This document shows, piece by piece, positions 19,663-32,900 of a DNA stretch of 64,000 bases (position 1 is its first letter; each line of letters begins with the position of its first letter). The stretch is from IMG/VR virus record IMGVR_UViG_3300042888_001738, positions 32,001-96,000 of that record; one strand, written 5' to 3'. The notes under the pieces were generated by a model that did no database searches, had not been told where the DNA came from, and saw nothing but the letters and a program-made list of their open reading frames with translations. The DNA is from a virus. The translations under genes and the position numbers were made by a program.

Positions 19663-21495
19663 ATGTCGGATAGAGAAGAAGAATTAAAGAAGGAAAACAA
19701 ATTACTTGAGGAACAACTTGCGAAATACAAAAAACTGAACCAACAGGATGGTGAACGATCTAGTGGTATGAAAAAACTCTATGACGAAAAAAACCAATAT
19801 GTAGGAAGTTGGACTACAGACCTTTCTGTCATCAAAAAAAGAATGGAAGATACTTTTTCAAGTATAGGTGACGCACTCAACCCTGCAGATTTAGGTGCCT
19901 TTGAAGAATTAGATGAAAGGGCGACAAGTCTCCAAAACAAATTTGGGGCAACTAAGGGTGTAATGGAAGGATACAAACAAAGTATAGCCGACACCATACC
20001 TGAATTAATTAGAATGGGAATTTCCGAAGAAACTGCTGTAACGAATATGGCGACTCTAATGGAAAGTATGGGAAGTTCTGCCACGTTAGGTACCGAAGCA
20101 ATCACTGAAGTATCAGCCGCGGCTAAAGTAAGTGGGGTAGAAATTGGTAAATTATCGGCTAATTTTAGAGATGTCGGTATTTCAATTTATGATGTTGGTG
20201 ATCAAATGAAAGAAGTAACCGATATTGCAAGAGCTGCCGGTGTATCAGTTGCCGGTGTTTCAGACAAAGTAACAAGTAATTTAAATAAAATGAATCTTTA
20301 CAACTTCGATAATGGAGTAAAAGGTTTAGCGAAAATGGCAGTTACTTCAGAAAGACTTGGAATTAGCATGAACCAAGTATTCGAATTTGCGGAACAAATA
20401 TATAATCCTGAAGGTGCAATAGAAATGGCCGCAGGTCTACAAAGACTTGGGGTTACAGCAAGTGGGTTATTGGATCCACTTAAAGCCATGGATATGGCGG
20501 CTAATGACCCTGAAGCACTACAAAAAGAAATTATTAATGTGACAAAAGAATTTACCAAATATAATGAGGCTAATGGTAAGTTTGAAATTATGCCAGGTTC
20601 AAAAAGAAGACTTAGAGAAATTGCTAAAGAAATGCACATACCTGCAGACCAATTAGCATCTATGTCTATTAAGGCGGCGGATTTCGATATGAAAATGAAA
20701 CAAATTGAATTCCCATCTTTGGCTGCGGATCAAGAAACAAAAGAAATGATTGCGGGAATGGCTCAGTTGAAAGACGGAAAGGCACAAATTAATGTTAAAA
20801 ATGAGGCGACTGGTGAATTTGAACTTAAACAAGTTGACCAACTTACCGCCAAAGATATTGAAAGTCTTAAAAAATCCCAAGAAGAGGATAGCATGTCTAT
20901 TGAAGATGTCCAAAGAGAACAACTTAGTATAAGTCAAAAAATTGAGGCGAATACAAGAGGGGCTATTAGTAGTGTTAAAATGGGTAAGGCAACAACTGAA
21001 CCACTTGAAAAGTTATATACCACTATTATGGGTGCTCAAGTAGATATTAGTAGAAATTTTGCAGATCAAACGTCTAGTAAAGGTACAAGAAAGACTCTTA
21101 CATCGATTGGACAACCTATGGAAGATTATATTGTAGGTGGTATTAGCGGTGATGCGAATATGCAAGCCGATGCTGGTAAAAACTTATTAAAGGCTCTTAG
21201 TGATGCTGAACAACAAATTAAAACAGGATCTCAAGAATTTCTAAATCAAACTCTTACAGATATAAGTACTAGATTTAAGGAGGCATACTCACAACCTCAA
21301 AAAGTTGAAACAAAATCAGAAGTAAATTTAAACATGACAATCAACGGTAATGACAATGTTAAGAACATGGATTTAAACTCTGTAAGAAATGATATTGTAA
21401 ACTATCTTACTCAAACTACCGAAGGTAAGGATATTTTGAAAAAGGCAGTTGAGAATCCAAACGCACCAACTGCTATGGTTGGATCAAAAAACTAA
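19663..21495 (+). CDS. Tape measure protein
   Basis: 610-aa helical, A/M/K/E-rich protein following tube and chaperone genes. Confidence 0.7.
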   Translation: MSDREEELKKENKLLEEQLAKYKKLNQQDGERSSGMKKLYDEKNQYVGSWTTDLSVIKKRMEDTFSSIGDALNPADLGAFEELDERATSLQNKFGATKGVMEGYKQSIADTIPELIRMGISEETAVTNMATLMESMGSSATLGTEAITEVSAAAKVSGVEIGKLSANFRDVGISIYDVGDQMKEVTDIARAAGVSVAGVSDKVTSNLNKMNLYNFDNGVKGLAKMAVTSERLGISMNQVFEFAEQIYNPEGAIEMAAGLQRLGVTASGLLDPLKAMDMAANDPEALQKEIINVTKEFTKYNEANGKFEIMPGSKRRLREIAKEMHIPADQLASMSIKAADFDMKMKQIEFPSLAADQETKEMIAGMAQLKDGKAQINVKNEATGEFELKQVDQLTAKDIESLKKSQEEDSMSIEDVQREQLSISQKIEANTRGAISSVKMGKATTEPLEKLYTTIMGAQVDISRNFADQTSSKGTRKTLTSIGQPMEDYIVGGISGDANMQADAGKNLLKALSDAEQQIKTGSQEFLNQTLTDISTRFKEAYSQPQKVETKSEVNLNMTINGNDNVKNMDLNSVRNDIVNYLTQTTEGKDILKKAVENPNAPTAMVGSKN

Positions 21496-21537
21496 TAAAA
21501 AAAATATACCGAACACCTATTTATAAAATAAAACAAT

Positions 21538-24500
21538 ATGTCTGAAAGTTTTTTATCGTTTGGTAACTCATCGGCTTTTAGGAAACAATTATTAGTTAAG
21601 AATTTAACGCCTTATAATGTTCCTGGAACATACACATCACCAGGTAATCCTGTTGACTATGAAGTTGTGCTTTCAGTCAATAATGTTATTGATTCACCTA
21701 ATAATTACGTATCCACAAATTTATTTGCCCAAGATTTATATCCATTAAATGAATATGGTCCTGAAGGTGGTTTTGGTAACCCCATAGGAGTTAATTCTGT
21801 TGCGTCAACAAACAACCCAGAAGGAACTAATCAAGGTCCTTACGAACCAATTGATACGGTTTTAGATATTGTAAATGAATTCTACATTGAATCTGCTTAT
21901 GTGACTAATAAGTGGGGACCGAGTGGTGGATACAAAGATTTAGTTGTTATTACCGATATACAAAATGCAGGTAACATATACCAACCATATTGGGATCCTG
22001 GATATTATAGTTATTCATCATACCCAACATTTAACATTGTCTTCCAAAACGACCCAATTGGGTCAAACGGACCGTTATCGTCAGATAGTTTTTTAGCTAA
22101 AATTGGGGCTTCTCAGTTAAAGTTTGCTTTTGAGGAACGAGTGGCTCAAGAACTACAACAAGCGACGATTGGTGTTATTAATCTTGATACAATTTCAGAT
22201 CCTTTTTCTGCAAGTTTATTAGCATCAGGACAACAACCATTCTTTATTAGAGATTGGAGAATTACGGTTCCTGAAAATCCTGCTTTGGTTGCAGTATCTT
22301 TAGCTAATCGATTAACAGGAACTTACTTTCCTGTTTCATTTATACCTGGTGATTATTTCGATGGAGATAACCCAATAAATGGACCACAAACAGAGGCAGC
22401 TCTTGGAGTTGCAAATAGTTTAACAGGTGGTTTATTGGCACCAATATTAAACAAATATAGAAGTCCATCTGAAGTTTTTGTTGCAAATACGGGTAATGGT
22501 ACTAGATCTGCATTATTTTCGGCACTTGACTATAACTTATATAGACCGGCATACAACCGAGGAGTAATTGGTGGTTTAATCGCAGGTGCTTCTGCGGCTG
22601 TTAATAGATTATTTGACCAAGACAAAGCTCAATCTTCGGGTTATTATGTTGGTAATGAAAATGCAGAACCATCACAAATTGATGGACCACCAAACCAAGT
22701 TCCTGTTAACCAATTCGGAGTCCAACAACAAAGTATTGTTTATGGACCACAAGAATTGGCTAAACTTTATGAGGGTAACGAAAGTTTAATCAATTTTGGT
22801 TTAGCGGGTAGATCTTATAGTGACGGTGGAGGAACTTCGGGTCAATTAGTTTGGACATCACCAAAGTATAAAGGTAATGCAGGGTTTAGAGCAACGCAAG
22901 GTGGTGGGGCTGGTAGTTTGGATGACGATTTCAATCAGATATCGGCAGATTATTTACGATACCAATCTGTTGACATTCCATTTAGACCTGGTTCTATTTT
23001 ATATGAAACACAACGACTTGTTGATTCTGCAGACCAAGTACAAGGACAGGCGAGATTAAAACACGTAGGTACTGCAATTAACCAAGTTTCTAAAGTATTC
23101 AACGACGGATATAAGGAAATGACAAAAGGTTCTATGGTACTTTCATATGTTAATCAAGCCGATGGAACACAAGCGGGATTAGAATATTGTAGAGTATTCC
23201 AAAAGGATACACCATATTATACTTATGCCGATCTACAAAAGTCTGCGGGTATTACTACGGAAGGTAGAAGAGTTGATTATTCAATTTTAGATAGTACCTA
23301 TAATTTGAACATTGCCCCATTAAAAAATCCTGGGTCAACAAATATTGTTGATGGAAAAGTTAAGAAATACATGTTCTCAATTGAAAATTTGGCGTGGAGA
23401 ACTTCAGACAGACCTGGTTATACTTATGATGATTTACCTGTTTGTGAGAAGGGACCTAATGGTGGTAGAATTATGTGGTTCCCACCATATGATTTAAAAT
23501 TTTCTGATGACTCAAAACCAGATTTTAACTCAACATTTTTCTTAGGAAGACCTGAGCCAATTTATACATATAAAAATACAAGTAGATCAGGACAGTTAAC
23601 TTGGACTATTATTGTTGATAACCCTTCTATGTTAAATACAATAATTGAAAAACAAATGAAAGGTGTTGGTAAAGAACGAGTACAAAGTGTTGTGGACTCA
23701 TTCTTTGCAGGTTGTACTAAGTATGATATATATGAATTAGGTATCAAATTTAATATGATACCGACAAAAGATTTATTTACGTACCAACAAATCTTAAATA
23801 ACCCAAGATTAACGACTGAGGAGCAAATACAGGTATTTGAAAGTATACCACAAGATCCGGTAACAAAACAACCTAATAAAGCAACTGGTGGTGACGGAAC
23901 CCCAAATACCACAGAAACGGGAACAGAAACCGCTGAAAATACCAAACCTACTGATGTTGATTTGAGTAAGTATGTTGGTTATGGATTTTATTTTGAAAAT
24001 GATATACCTAAAGGAAACCCTGGAACAACTGCAGCATCACCATATAATGTATATTATGACAACTATATTGGTTTACAAAACACCACATATCAATCTGAAG
24101 CACCAACCACAGTTTCATCAGGAGGACAGGAGTTCCAAAAGGCTGGAATACCACAATTCTTCAGTGACGTGATCACTGGAAACTTTAATCTTATTCAGAC
24201 CGGGTTAATGAAGGAAATTGATGAGGTATTAATTAAAAATGGGTCCATCACAATCGATATGGTTGGATCTGCATCTGCACCTGCAAAGGTTAGTTATAAC
24301 CAAAAACTTTCTGAAAGAAGAAATGACTCAGTTAAGAAGTGGATGTTGGCTTACAAATTGTCAAATGGAGACACCGTCCAAAAATATGCAGATTCGCAAA
24401 AATTTACTATGAACTTTAAAGGGAGTGGTGAAGAGTTAGTAATACCTAAAACAAAAAAAGATGCGGATGCAACATCATTCACAGGTGACACTTCGGTAAC

Positions 24501-26610
24501 AACATCATCTGGCGGTGACATATTATCTGCTCAAGTAAATTGTACGGATGATATTATAAATTTAACAACAACCCCAAATAAAGTTAATAGTCAATCACAG
24601 TGGTATAGTATACCGGCAATGGCATGTCGAAGAGTTTCGATACTAAAAATTGTTGCAACCGTCCCACCTGAAAAGGTAGTAAAAGACCCTGACCCAATAC
24701 CTGTCCCTGATGATGGATCAACACCAAACCCACAAAACATATTAACTGGTCAGACTCAAAGTATTAAACCTGAACCAAAAATAACTATAGAACAAAAAAT
24801 TAAGGAGGGTATATCTAAAAAGATATTAAGAAACTTATTCACGGAGTGTGATTACTTCCAAGTGATTAAAGAGACTGATCCCATGATTTATGATACAATC
24901 AAAGATAAGATCAAATTCTTTAGTCCCGCTTTTCACTCTATGACACCTGAGGGTTTAAATGCGAGATTAACATTCTTACAACAGTGTACAAGACCGGGTC
25001 AAACAATACCTGTGATTGGACCTGATGGTAGACCAAAATATAATGATGCGTTAAACACATCATTCGGAGCACCACCAATATTGGTATTAAGAGTCGGTGA
25101 CTTCTATCATACAAAAATAGTACCGACAAGTTTAGGTATTTCTTATGAACCATTAGTTTTAGATATGAATCCTGAAGGTATTGGTGTACAACCTATGTTG
25201 GCAAAAATTAGTTTAAGTTTTAATATTATCGGTGGTATGGGTATAAAAGAACCCGTACAAGAATTACAAAACGCATTATCGTTTAACTATTATGCAAATA
25301 CTGAGATATATGACGAAAGGGCAACCCCAACCGAAGATACAAGTAAGTTAGACAAATATGTTGTTGAAAAAATAACAAACGGTTTACCACCAGTAACAAC
25401 TTCAGATCAAGCACAAATTAATAGCGTACAACCTAAAAAAGGTGGAAGTACTATAGGTGTTATTGCGAGTGATACCAATATGGATTATGCACCTCTGTTA
25501 ACCTCTCTACAAGATGGTTTACGAGGTTACTTCACCACATATTATGATGCTTTAGAAAAGATCAGTACTGATTATAATTATGGTATATTACAATTGTATT
25601 TGAAAGATAGATCTTATGTTAAAGGTGATGTTTCGGTTTATACGAACGATAAAAAAGAAACGACTTTATTTGGTAAAAACAACAAATACCAAGATTATAT
25701 TGAAAACCTCATCAAAAAAGTTAAAAAGGATATTGATGATGAAGATTCACCTATTATAAAACCTTTGGTAGGAGATGGTCAAGGTATGACAAACAAACAA
25801 AAAAGAGAAATACAAGACAAGTTAAAAACTTTGGCGGATCAAAGACAAGGTGCCATCTTAGATGTTTTAAATGCGAATACAAATAACATCATACAGAATC
25901 AAACCGAGTTAAATTACATTTTTAGACAATTGGATGTAGTCGCTTCTAAACTTGATGGTGAGTTAAATACAAATAACAAACCAAAACTTTATGATTTAAG
26001 TGGTGATACATTCTTCGCACCAGCAACAACTGAAGGTTCATTATCAAATGTGTTTACCGTTAAAGTACCAGAAGCAATCAAAGAGTTTGAAGATATAATG
26101 ACTGAACTCAAGATAGTTACAAATTACTTCGACCCTAGTACATCCAGTTTAAATAGTGGTGATGGATGTGACTTTAAATTTGGGGGTACAAGTATTTTTG
26201 GAGATAGTTGTCCTAACAATAGATTTTATATTGCGATGTCGACATTATTTACCGATTCTAATTTATTAACGTCAGTAATAAATGATTTAACAAGTGGGGA
26301 GGAAGTTAAGAAAAATCCGGCGTTGGTAACACAAATTAATGAGGTTTGTAAAAATTATGGAGTTTTCTGTACTAATACAAATACATCATTTAACGGACAA
26401 TTTACGAAAACGGAAACCGATACAATATATGGACCAAGATTTAAAGCCGTAACAACATTTGCTTTACCTGATAGTACGGTTAAGATTTGTAATTATAGTA
26501 CTGACGTAACACAAGACGTTAATCAAAAAAATAAAAAAATAGAAGACCTATATTCAAATAATAATTTGAACAATAAAAATACCTTCAACGGAAAAGTAAC
26601 ATTTAATTAA
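21538..26610 (+). CDS. Large baseplate protein: tube-initiator (gp48/gp54-like) fold with an inserted OmpA-like domain
   Basis: WFPPY...FLGRPEPIYTYKNTSRSG and APPILVLRVGDFY halves flank FYFENDIP...GSAS....YNQKLSERR..SV...GSGE...RRV. Confidence 0.7.
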   Translation: MSESFLSFGNSSAFRKQLLVKNLTPYNVPGTYTSPGNPVDYEVVLSVNNVIDSPNNYVSTNLFAQDLYPLNEYGPEGGFGNPIGVNSVASTNNPEGTNQGPYEPIDTVLDIVNEFYIESAYVTNKWGPSGGYKDLVVITDIQNAGNIYQPYWDPGYYSYSSYPTFNIVFQNDPIGSNGPLSSDSFLAKIGASQLKFAFEERVAQELQQATIGVINLDTISDPFSASLLASGQQPFFIRDWRITVPENPALVAVSLANRLTGTYFPVSFIPGDYFDGDNPINGPQTEAALGVANSLTGGLLAPILNKYRSPSEVFVANTGNGTRSALFSALDYNLYRPAYNRGVIGGLIAGASAAVNRLFDQDKAQSSGYYVGNENAEPSQIDGPPNQVPVNQFGVQQQSIVYGPQELAKLYEGNESLINFGLAGRSYSDGGGTSGQLVWTSPKYKGNAGFRATQGGGAGSLDDDFNQISADYLRYQSVDIPFRPGSILYETQRLVDSADQVQGQARLKHVGTAINQVSKVFNDGYKEMTKGSMVLSYVNQADGTQAGLEYCRVFQKDTPYYTYADLQKSAGITTEGRRVDYSILDSTYNLNIAPLKNPGSTNIVDGKVKKYMFSIENLAWRTSDRPGYTYDDLPVCEKGPNGGRIMWFPPYDLKFSDDSKPDFNSTFFLGRPEPIYTYKNTSRSGQLTWTIIVDNPSMLNTIIEKQMKGVGKERVQSVVDSFFAGCTKYDIYELGIKFNMIPTKDLFTYQQILNNPRLTTEEQIQVFESIPQDPVTKQPNKATGGDGTPNTTETGTETAENTKPTDVDLSKYVGYGFYFENDIPKGNPGTTAASPYNVYYDNYIGLQNTTYQSEAPTTVSSGGQEFQKAGIPQFFSDVITGNFNLIQTGLMKEIDEVLIKNGSITIDMVGSASAPAKVSYNQKLSERRNDSVKKWMLAYKLSNGDTVQKYADSQKFTMNFKGSGEELVIPKTKKDADATSFTGDTSVTTSSGGDILSAQVNCTDDIINLTTTPNKVNSQSQWYSIPAMACRRVSILKIVATVPPEKVVKDPDPIPVPDDGSTPNPQNILTGQTQSIKPEPKITIEQKIKEGISKKILRNLFTECDYFQVIKETDPMIYDTIKDKIKFFSPAFHSMTPEGLNARLTFLQQCTRPGQTIPVIGPDGRPKYNDALNTSFGAPPILVLRVGDFYHTKIVPTSLGISYEPLVLDMNPEGIGVQPMLAKISLSFNIIGGMGIKEPVQELQNALSFNYYANTEIYDERATPTEDTSKLDKYVVEKITNGLPPVTTSDQAQINSVQPKKGGSTIGVIASDTNMDYAPLLTSLQDGLRGYFTTYYDALEKISTDYNYGILQLYLKDRSYVKGDVSVYTNDKKETTLFGKNNKYQDYIENLIKKVKKDIDDEDSPIIKPLVGDGQGMTNKQKREIQDKLKTLADQRQGAILDVLNANTNNIIQNQTELNYIFRQLDVVASKLDGELNTNNKPKLYDLSGDTFFAPATTEGSLSNVFTVKVPEAIKEFEDIMTELKIVTNYFDPSTSSLNSGDGCDFKFGGTSIFGDSCPNNRFYIAMSTLFTDSNLLTSVINDLTSGEEVKKNPALVTQINEVCKNYGVFCTNTNTSFNGQFTKTETDTIYGPRFKAVTTFALPDSTVKICNYSTDVTQDVNQKNKKIEDLYSNNNLNNKNTFNGKVTFN

Positions 26611-26611
26611 A

Positions 26612-26935
26612 ATGGCATTACAATATTGGAATAGATATACCGACTTTTTAATCAACGGACAACAGACTGTTGTACCTGGTGTTGCATTACCAACTAAAAC
26701 TTCAGATAAAAACTTTATTTACAAAGTTGGTCAATCACGATTGGATAAAACATCACAACAATTTTACGGAACCCCATACTTTGGTTGGTTAATTCTACAG
26801 GCAAATCCGCAATATACAGGTGATGAATTTTCAATACCTGACGGTGCGGTATTGACAATTCCATTTCCGTTAGTAGCTTCATTACAAGATTATAAAAATT
26901 CATTAGATAATTACTATTTCTACTATGGCAGATAA
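26612..26935 (+). CDS. LysM-like baseplate wedge protein (gp53/tail X-like)
   Basis: RLDKTSQQFYGTPYFGWLILQANP...IPDGAVLTIP. Confidence 0.8.
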   Translation: MALQYWNRYTDFLINGQQTVVPGVALPTKTSDKNFIYKVGQSRLDKTSQQFYGTPYFGWLILQANPQYTGDEFSIPDGAVLTIPFPLVASLQDYKNSLDNYYFYYGR

Positions 26936-29900
26936 CGGGGAAAATATTTTAGTTGAGTTTGATTATGACAACATTACCCTTATTGATCCAAACAAATTAG
27001 TAGACCAAGATGGTAATGTAAAAGAAAGATTAGTCAAACAAGAAGATTTGGTTTATTACGCCAATCTTGAGTGTAATGTATTGCCTCGAACTAAGTTGGC
27101 GGTAGGTTCCGCAATGAACGACCAACAAAGAACAATCTCGGTTGGTAAGATTAATTTCTTAAATCCAGGTAGTAAGACTTTTATGGATACCGCTTGGTCT
27201 GATGAAATTACAGGTAAAGACAGCGTTCAAGGAAAGGGAGTAAATCAAGTAAATTTAACTTCGGTTAAAAATCCTAATAAGTCCGATGACTTTTATATAA
27301 CCCAAAACTTAAATTCAAACGGAACACCAGGAGCCGTTGATAATGGTTTCTTGGGGATGAAAAGTATTAACGTATCAATAGGTTTGGATTTCTTACCCGT
27401 AATTACGGTTGACCTTGAGGATGTTAAAGGACGAGCATTATTTGAAGGTGGAAATAATTCACCATACGCAGCGTTCTTCCAATTACCATACCCACAGTTT
27501 ACATTAACGTTAAAGGGATATTACGGTAAAGCGGTTAAGTTCCCAATAATGTTGCAGTCATTTACATCTAAATTTGATCCATCAACACATAACTTTGTAG
27601 TAAGTTTAAAATTCTACGGATACAAATATACGTTGTTGTCTTATGTGAACTTCGGATCTTTGATGGCGGTACCACACATGTATAATAATACAGTGACTCA
27701 AGCACCTGTATCTGTAGAACAAGGTACAACATCAAACGCAACAACGGCAACCTCACCTACTGTTGTGAGTAGAGGTTATCAAAAAATGAAAGAGATCTAC
27801 TCTAACTACAAATCAAAAGGTTTAATTCCTGATGATTTCCCTGAGATCACTTTAAATCAATTGAAATATAGATTACAAAGATTTATCGATGAGGTTTTAG
27901 AAGATTTCACCAAAGAGAATATGGGTGTTATGACAACTATGACCGATTATACTAATACGTTGTTATCATACCAACAAAAAGTATTTTTATTTACGACATC
28001 ATGGTTTAATACATACATGGATATCAAAAACCCAATAATCCTTAAGAGTGGACAAAAGGTTTATGATTATAAAAAAGAATTGTCACCTGAAAAAAGGGAA
28101 ACTGCCCTTACTGAGTTAGATGGTATTATCAAAGAATATAATGCTAGATTAAATGAAAATAAGGTTTTTGGTGTTGGGGGTAGTTACACAATTGGTAATA
28201 TTACCGAACAAACACAAATTCCATTTAACATCACAACAGGTACTTTTAGAGTTTCTATTAAACCTGATGATGTAAATATAATTAAAACATTCCAAGCACA
28301 AGAGAACGCACCAAAAGAAAAATTATCACCAGCCGGAACTCCGTTATCAAATCAAACAAAGGCTGATATTGCGTACACTAATTTTTTATTATCATCACAA
28401 ATATCCTTTATTGCTAATAACTTCACATATAACTATTTTGAGGGTCTAAAATCTTTTATGGAGATAACAGACGGAATGTCTAAACAAGCCGCAACCCTAA
28501 GAACTAAAATAGAACAACAAATTACAACTAGTTTAGCTGAGAAGTTTAATTCAAGAGGGGGAGGAGGTCTCGGATTTACTCCTTCTATTAGAAATATCTT
28601 GGCGGTGTTTTATTGTCAGGGTGAAGCATTTTTAAGATTGTTAGATGATGTTCATAAGAAAGCTTGGGAACAAAGAGAAAATGACTATAGACGAGCTGCG
28701 ATATTTGGTAACCAAACAACCGCACCAAGTGTTGACATAAAATCATCAACACAGAATAACGAACCAATATATCCTTGGCCTCAAGTGATACAAGAAACTG
28801 TAGGTGACGACGGCAAAGAAAAATTCGAATTAATTTATCCTGGTGCACAAAATGTTGCGTCATCGTATAGGGCTTATAGTCCTGAGATTTGGCCTGAAGT
28901 GGAGTTTGTGGAACAATTCATTAAAGGATACACTGAACGTCAAAAAACTGATGATAAAGTGGGTGCCGAATTTAATGAATTAAATAACCAACCATCAAGA
29001 GCATCACTAAATGCTATTGAATTCCCTGTCACAAACGAGGTTTTCCAAAACAAAGAAGAATCAAAATACTTTTTTGAGATTTACGAAAGACTCATGTTAA
29101 ATTCGTACTACAGCAAGTTTAACAGAATGTCCGGTTATGATTTATCAATATATGAAGCCGAAGCTGATGATGAAGCGGTAAACGTAATTAAAAGTTTGGG
29201 TGCGGATAACCCATTTTTAACAAAGAAAATTAAAGAATATCTTTTAGATAGTAATAATTATTTACCATTTTTAAGACATATATCTAATCAAGGACAAGGT
29301 GATAGTTGGCAAACTTTTATCAAAGGTACATTCGTAACACCATATATTAGAAATGATGTTGAAAACCCAAGCGTTGTGTATAACTCTGATATCTTAGCAT
29401 CAACAAAATCACAACCTAATGTTTCTTTATCTAATCCAAGAAACCTTACAAATTTAGAAAAGTATTTGACTGAGACATCGAGTAGTAATACTTTCGACTT
29501 TACCGATGTTTACCCGATCACAAATTTAAATTGGGATAGAAATAATTTAGCGAATGGTAAAAGTCTTAATAACGCTAATGAGGCTTTCGATACTAAAGAT
29601 GTTTTAGAGTATAACGATACTCATAAGACTGTAACTAATTTTGAAGACGACGATAACGAAACGACAAAAAGACCGTATACTTATTTTAATTTTCAAAATT
29701 TATCGGTAACTCCTGATACAACAAATTTAAAAACTTTTTATAATACAAGAGCATATAAAAACCAATTAGTAACAGAAGGTAATTTAAAATATACAGGTTA
29801 TTCAAATCACTTAACTGAAACACAAACTACATCAATGTTGAACACACCGTATTTTATTAATGCTGTACAACAGGGTGTGTTTAATTTTAGATACAAACAA

Positions 29901-32900
29901 AAAGACCCATATCCATATAAAACCGCATCATACCTATTCTTGAATAGTTTACCTTTGGCAACCTTAAGAGAAAAATACGTTACTAAAAATGGTGAGTCGA
30001 CATCAGATTTAAGTTACATTTTAGCAACTATGAAAAAATTTGGGGCGGTTCATAAACTACCTTATGCTTGGATATTAAAATACGGATCAATTTGGAATAG
30101 ATATAAAACATATCGAGACACTGGTGTTGACTACCTTGATAGTGTTTGGAAGGACTTTAATTATCTTGAAAATTGGGACCCTGCAAACTCTGCGGCAACC
30201 AAAAATTATGATTTAGTAATTGACGGTATACCTAGAAGTTTAGTATTAGATACAACAACAGGAACACAACCATTTACAGATATTAACACAGGTTTTTATC
30301 CACAATTAGTTGATGACTTTAATGTCTTCTTACAAGGTTTAAAATTATTTAGTGGTAAAACTCAAACGGGTGGAAGTTGTACAGTACAAGAAGTAACAGG
30401 TAATACAACAGTTTTTGAAGTGACAGGTGTTTGTAGTGGAAACGGATCGACCGTAATCATAAATTCAATCACTAATAATCTATTACAGGTTGGTACTACA
30501 ATCACAATTCCATCCATAAGTGTTAACTTAGTGGTAACAGGGCAAATTGCGGGTGCTGCAGGAAGTACTGGTGTTTATACAACAACCCCAACCCTCTCGA
30601 GTGCAATACCTCTAAACTTTACAATCGGTAGTTTTGCTCAGATGTCAAATGTCAGTTTGGCGGCAATAACAAACGGTTTGATATTATCAGGATCATCATT
30701 CCCATCATCATTAACAATTACCAACCAAATTACAGGTACTACGAATTTAAATGGTTTATATAAAGTTAGTAATAGTTCTGGGTTTACATCTAGTTTTATT
30801 GCTTTAAATCCGGTATTACAAATTAATTCTATTGATAGTAATGTTTTAGTGAACGGATCAATAGTTAATGGTCCTCTATTAAATGGGAATGTAACAATAC
30901 AAAATCAAATTTCGGGAACTACAGGTGGTATTGGTCTTTATATAGTCGGTACAGGTCAAACACCAACAACATCGGCGTTTGTTGTACAAAATAGTTATGT
31001 ACAAGGTATTCCATCATTATCGATACAGAACAACTTAGATAGTGGTAAGTTAATAATGATGAACACACAAAACTCAACAATTTATGAGACACCAGGTTTT
31101 GATCAATCAAATCCTGCAAGGACAATGAGAGTTTCTCCTTGGTCTGTTGTTGTATCATCATCGACCGAACCAAGTTTTTGTTATGTAATGCCGTCTTTTG
31201 GTACTAATATAAATCAGACAAAAGATGAGGCGTTCAAGAATGGGGTTATGCGTACCGAACTTTCGGGTAATGACGCAATGTTTAACGGATCGGTTAGATT
31301 ATTTTGGAACGCACCACAATACGGATGGTTTGATAATTCTAAAGTAATTAAGAATGACCCCGAAACTTATTTGAAAAAAATACTTAACGAACAAAAGGAC
31401 CAACAAAACTTTATTATAAGTGGTAATAAAAATGATTATACGGACTTCCAAGAATTATTTACAACTTTCAATATTAAAACATTAGATTATTTTGAGTCTG
31501 AGTTTTTAAATTTTAGTAGATCAATTTATGATTTTATTGATACCCTACCATCATCTCAAACCGCAAGTAACTTAAATACGACTGAGGCTGAAACCAATGC
31601 GAACGAAGTCAGTGAACAAACGTTTAAAAATTTCCAAACCTTAGCGAGGGAATTATTTAAAGTAAAAATTCCTACAGGTACTTCACCCGAAACAAAATTG
31701 AATAGTTTAATAACAAGTCAAAACGAGACATTCCAAAATATATTAACATCATTTATGAATTATGATGTGGTATTTAAGTATGGTAACCCATCTGATTTTA
31801 ATAAAAGATTGTTCTATACATTCTCAACTAGATTCATTGAAGACCCTATTATTTATGGACCTTATTTCCAAGGATCTTTACCTACACAAGGTGGTGGAGT
31901 CACATTAGCTCAATCCAAACAACAAAACCCAAAATCATGGGAAGCTCTTGAATACTATGTTGGTAAATCAAGTATTCCTGAATTAGTATATAAAGATAGT
32001 GGATCTTATATTACAGACTTCTTTGTTGATTTAAATGTTCTTTTTAATGAACAGAATGTTAAGGATTTTGCACCATTAATTAAAATATATGCAACCCAAA
32101 AGTTGGCTAATCCTAAATTAAATTATACGAGTTTTTATAGTTTAATGGACAACTATATTATTGAATCCGATAACTACATTAGTAACATTATAAATGTTAT
32201 GTTACCGGCAGTAAGAAAACAATTACCTAATGTGTTCGTTGAAGAAGATAATTCACAAAATAGAGCCGACTTAGAAGCTGGTTTTACCGAGCAAACAAGA
32301 ACTGAACTATGGGAAACATTTAAGGCACTTAACGATAGTTGGATTGCAGGTTTTGATTTTGAAAGTAAAACATTATTTGAAGATGTATTATTGGTAGATA
32401 GGGCTAGCCGAAACGTTGGTGATAAAGTATTGGTTGATATTTTTGAGATTATGGATCTTATCGATGGGGCTAATTATAAAAACACCCTATTAGATATGGT
32501 AACAACCATATTAGTGCAAAACAACTTCCAACACTTTATGTTACCAGCATATGTTAATTTTTATAATGTACAGGATGCTCAGAAAAACCCAACACCAAGA
32601 CCTGACGGTAGTTTAGAGTTTGGTAATATGCTTTTTGGAACATTCCTAAATGTGGATTACAGAAATAGTTCACCTAAATTCCTTTGTTATTATGCGAACA
32701 AACCAAGTGAACACTTGGATATGAAAGATAATATTGATTACAGATATCGTGATGATGCGTTTGACTTAAGAAGGGCTAGTGATAATCCTTTAATTGAAAA
32801 TCAAATTGATAAACAAGATTGGGCAAAATCAAACAAAGTAGTTGGTTTTAATGTTGACATGACAAGACAAAACCAACAAATCTTTAAATCATTTAGTGTT

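Noticed and set aside
19663-21495. Tape measure seemingly too short for a huge phage
   Set aside because: 610 aa is comparable to T4 gp29 (about 590 aa), so the length is unremarkable.
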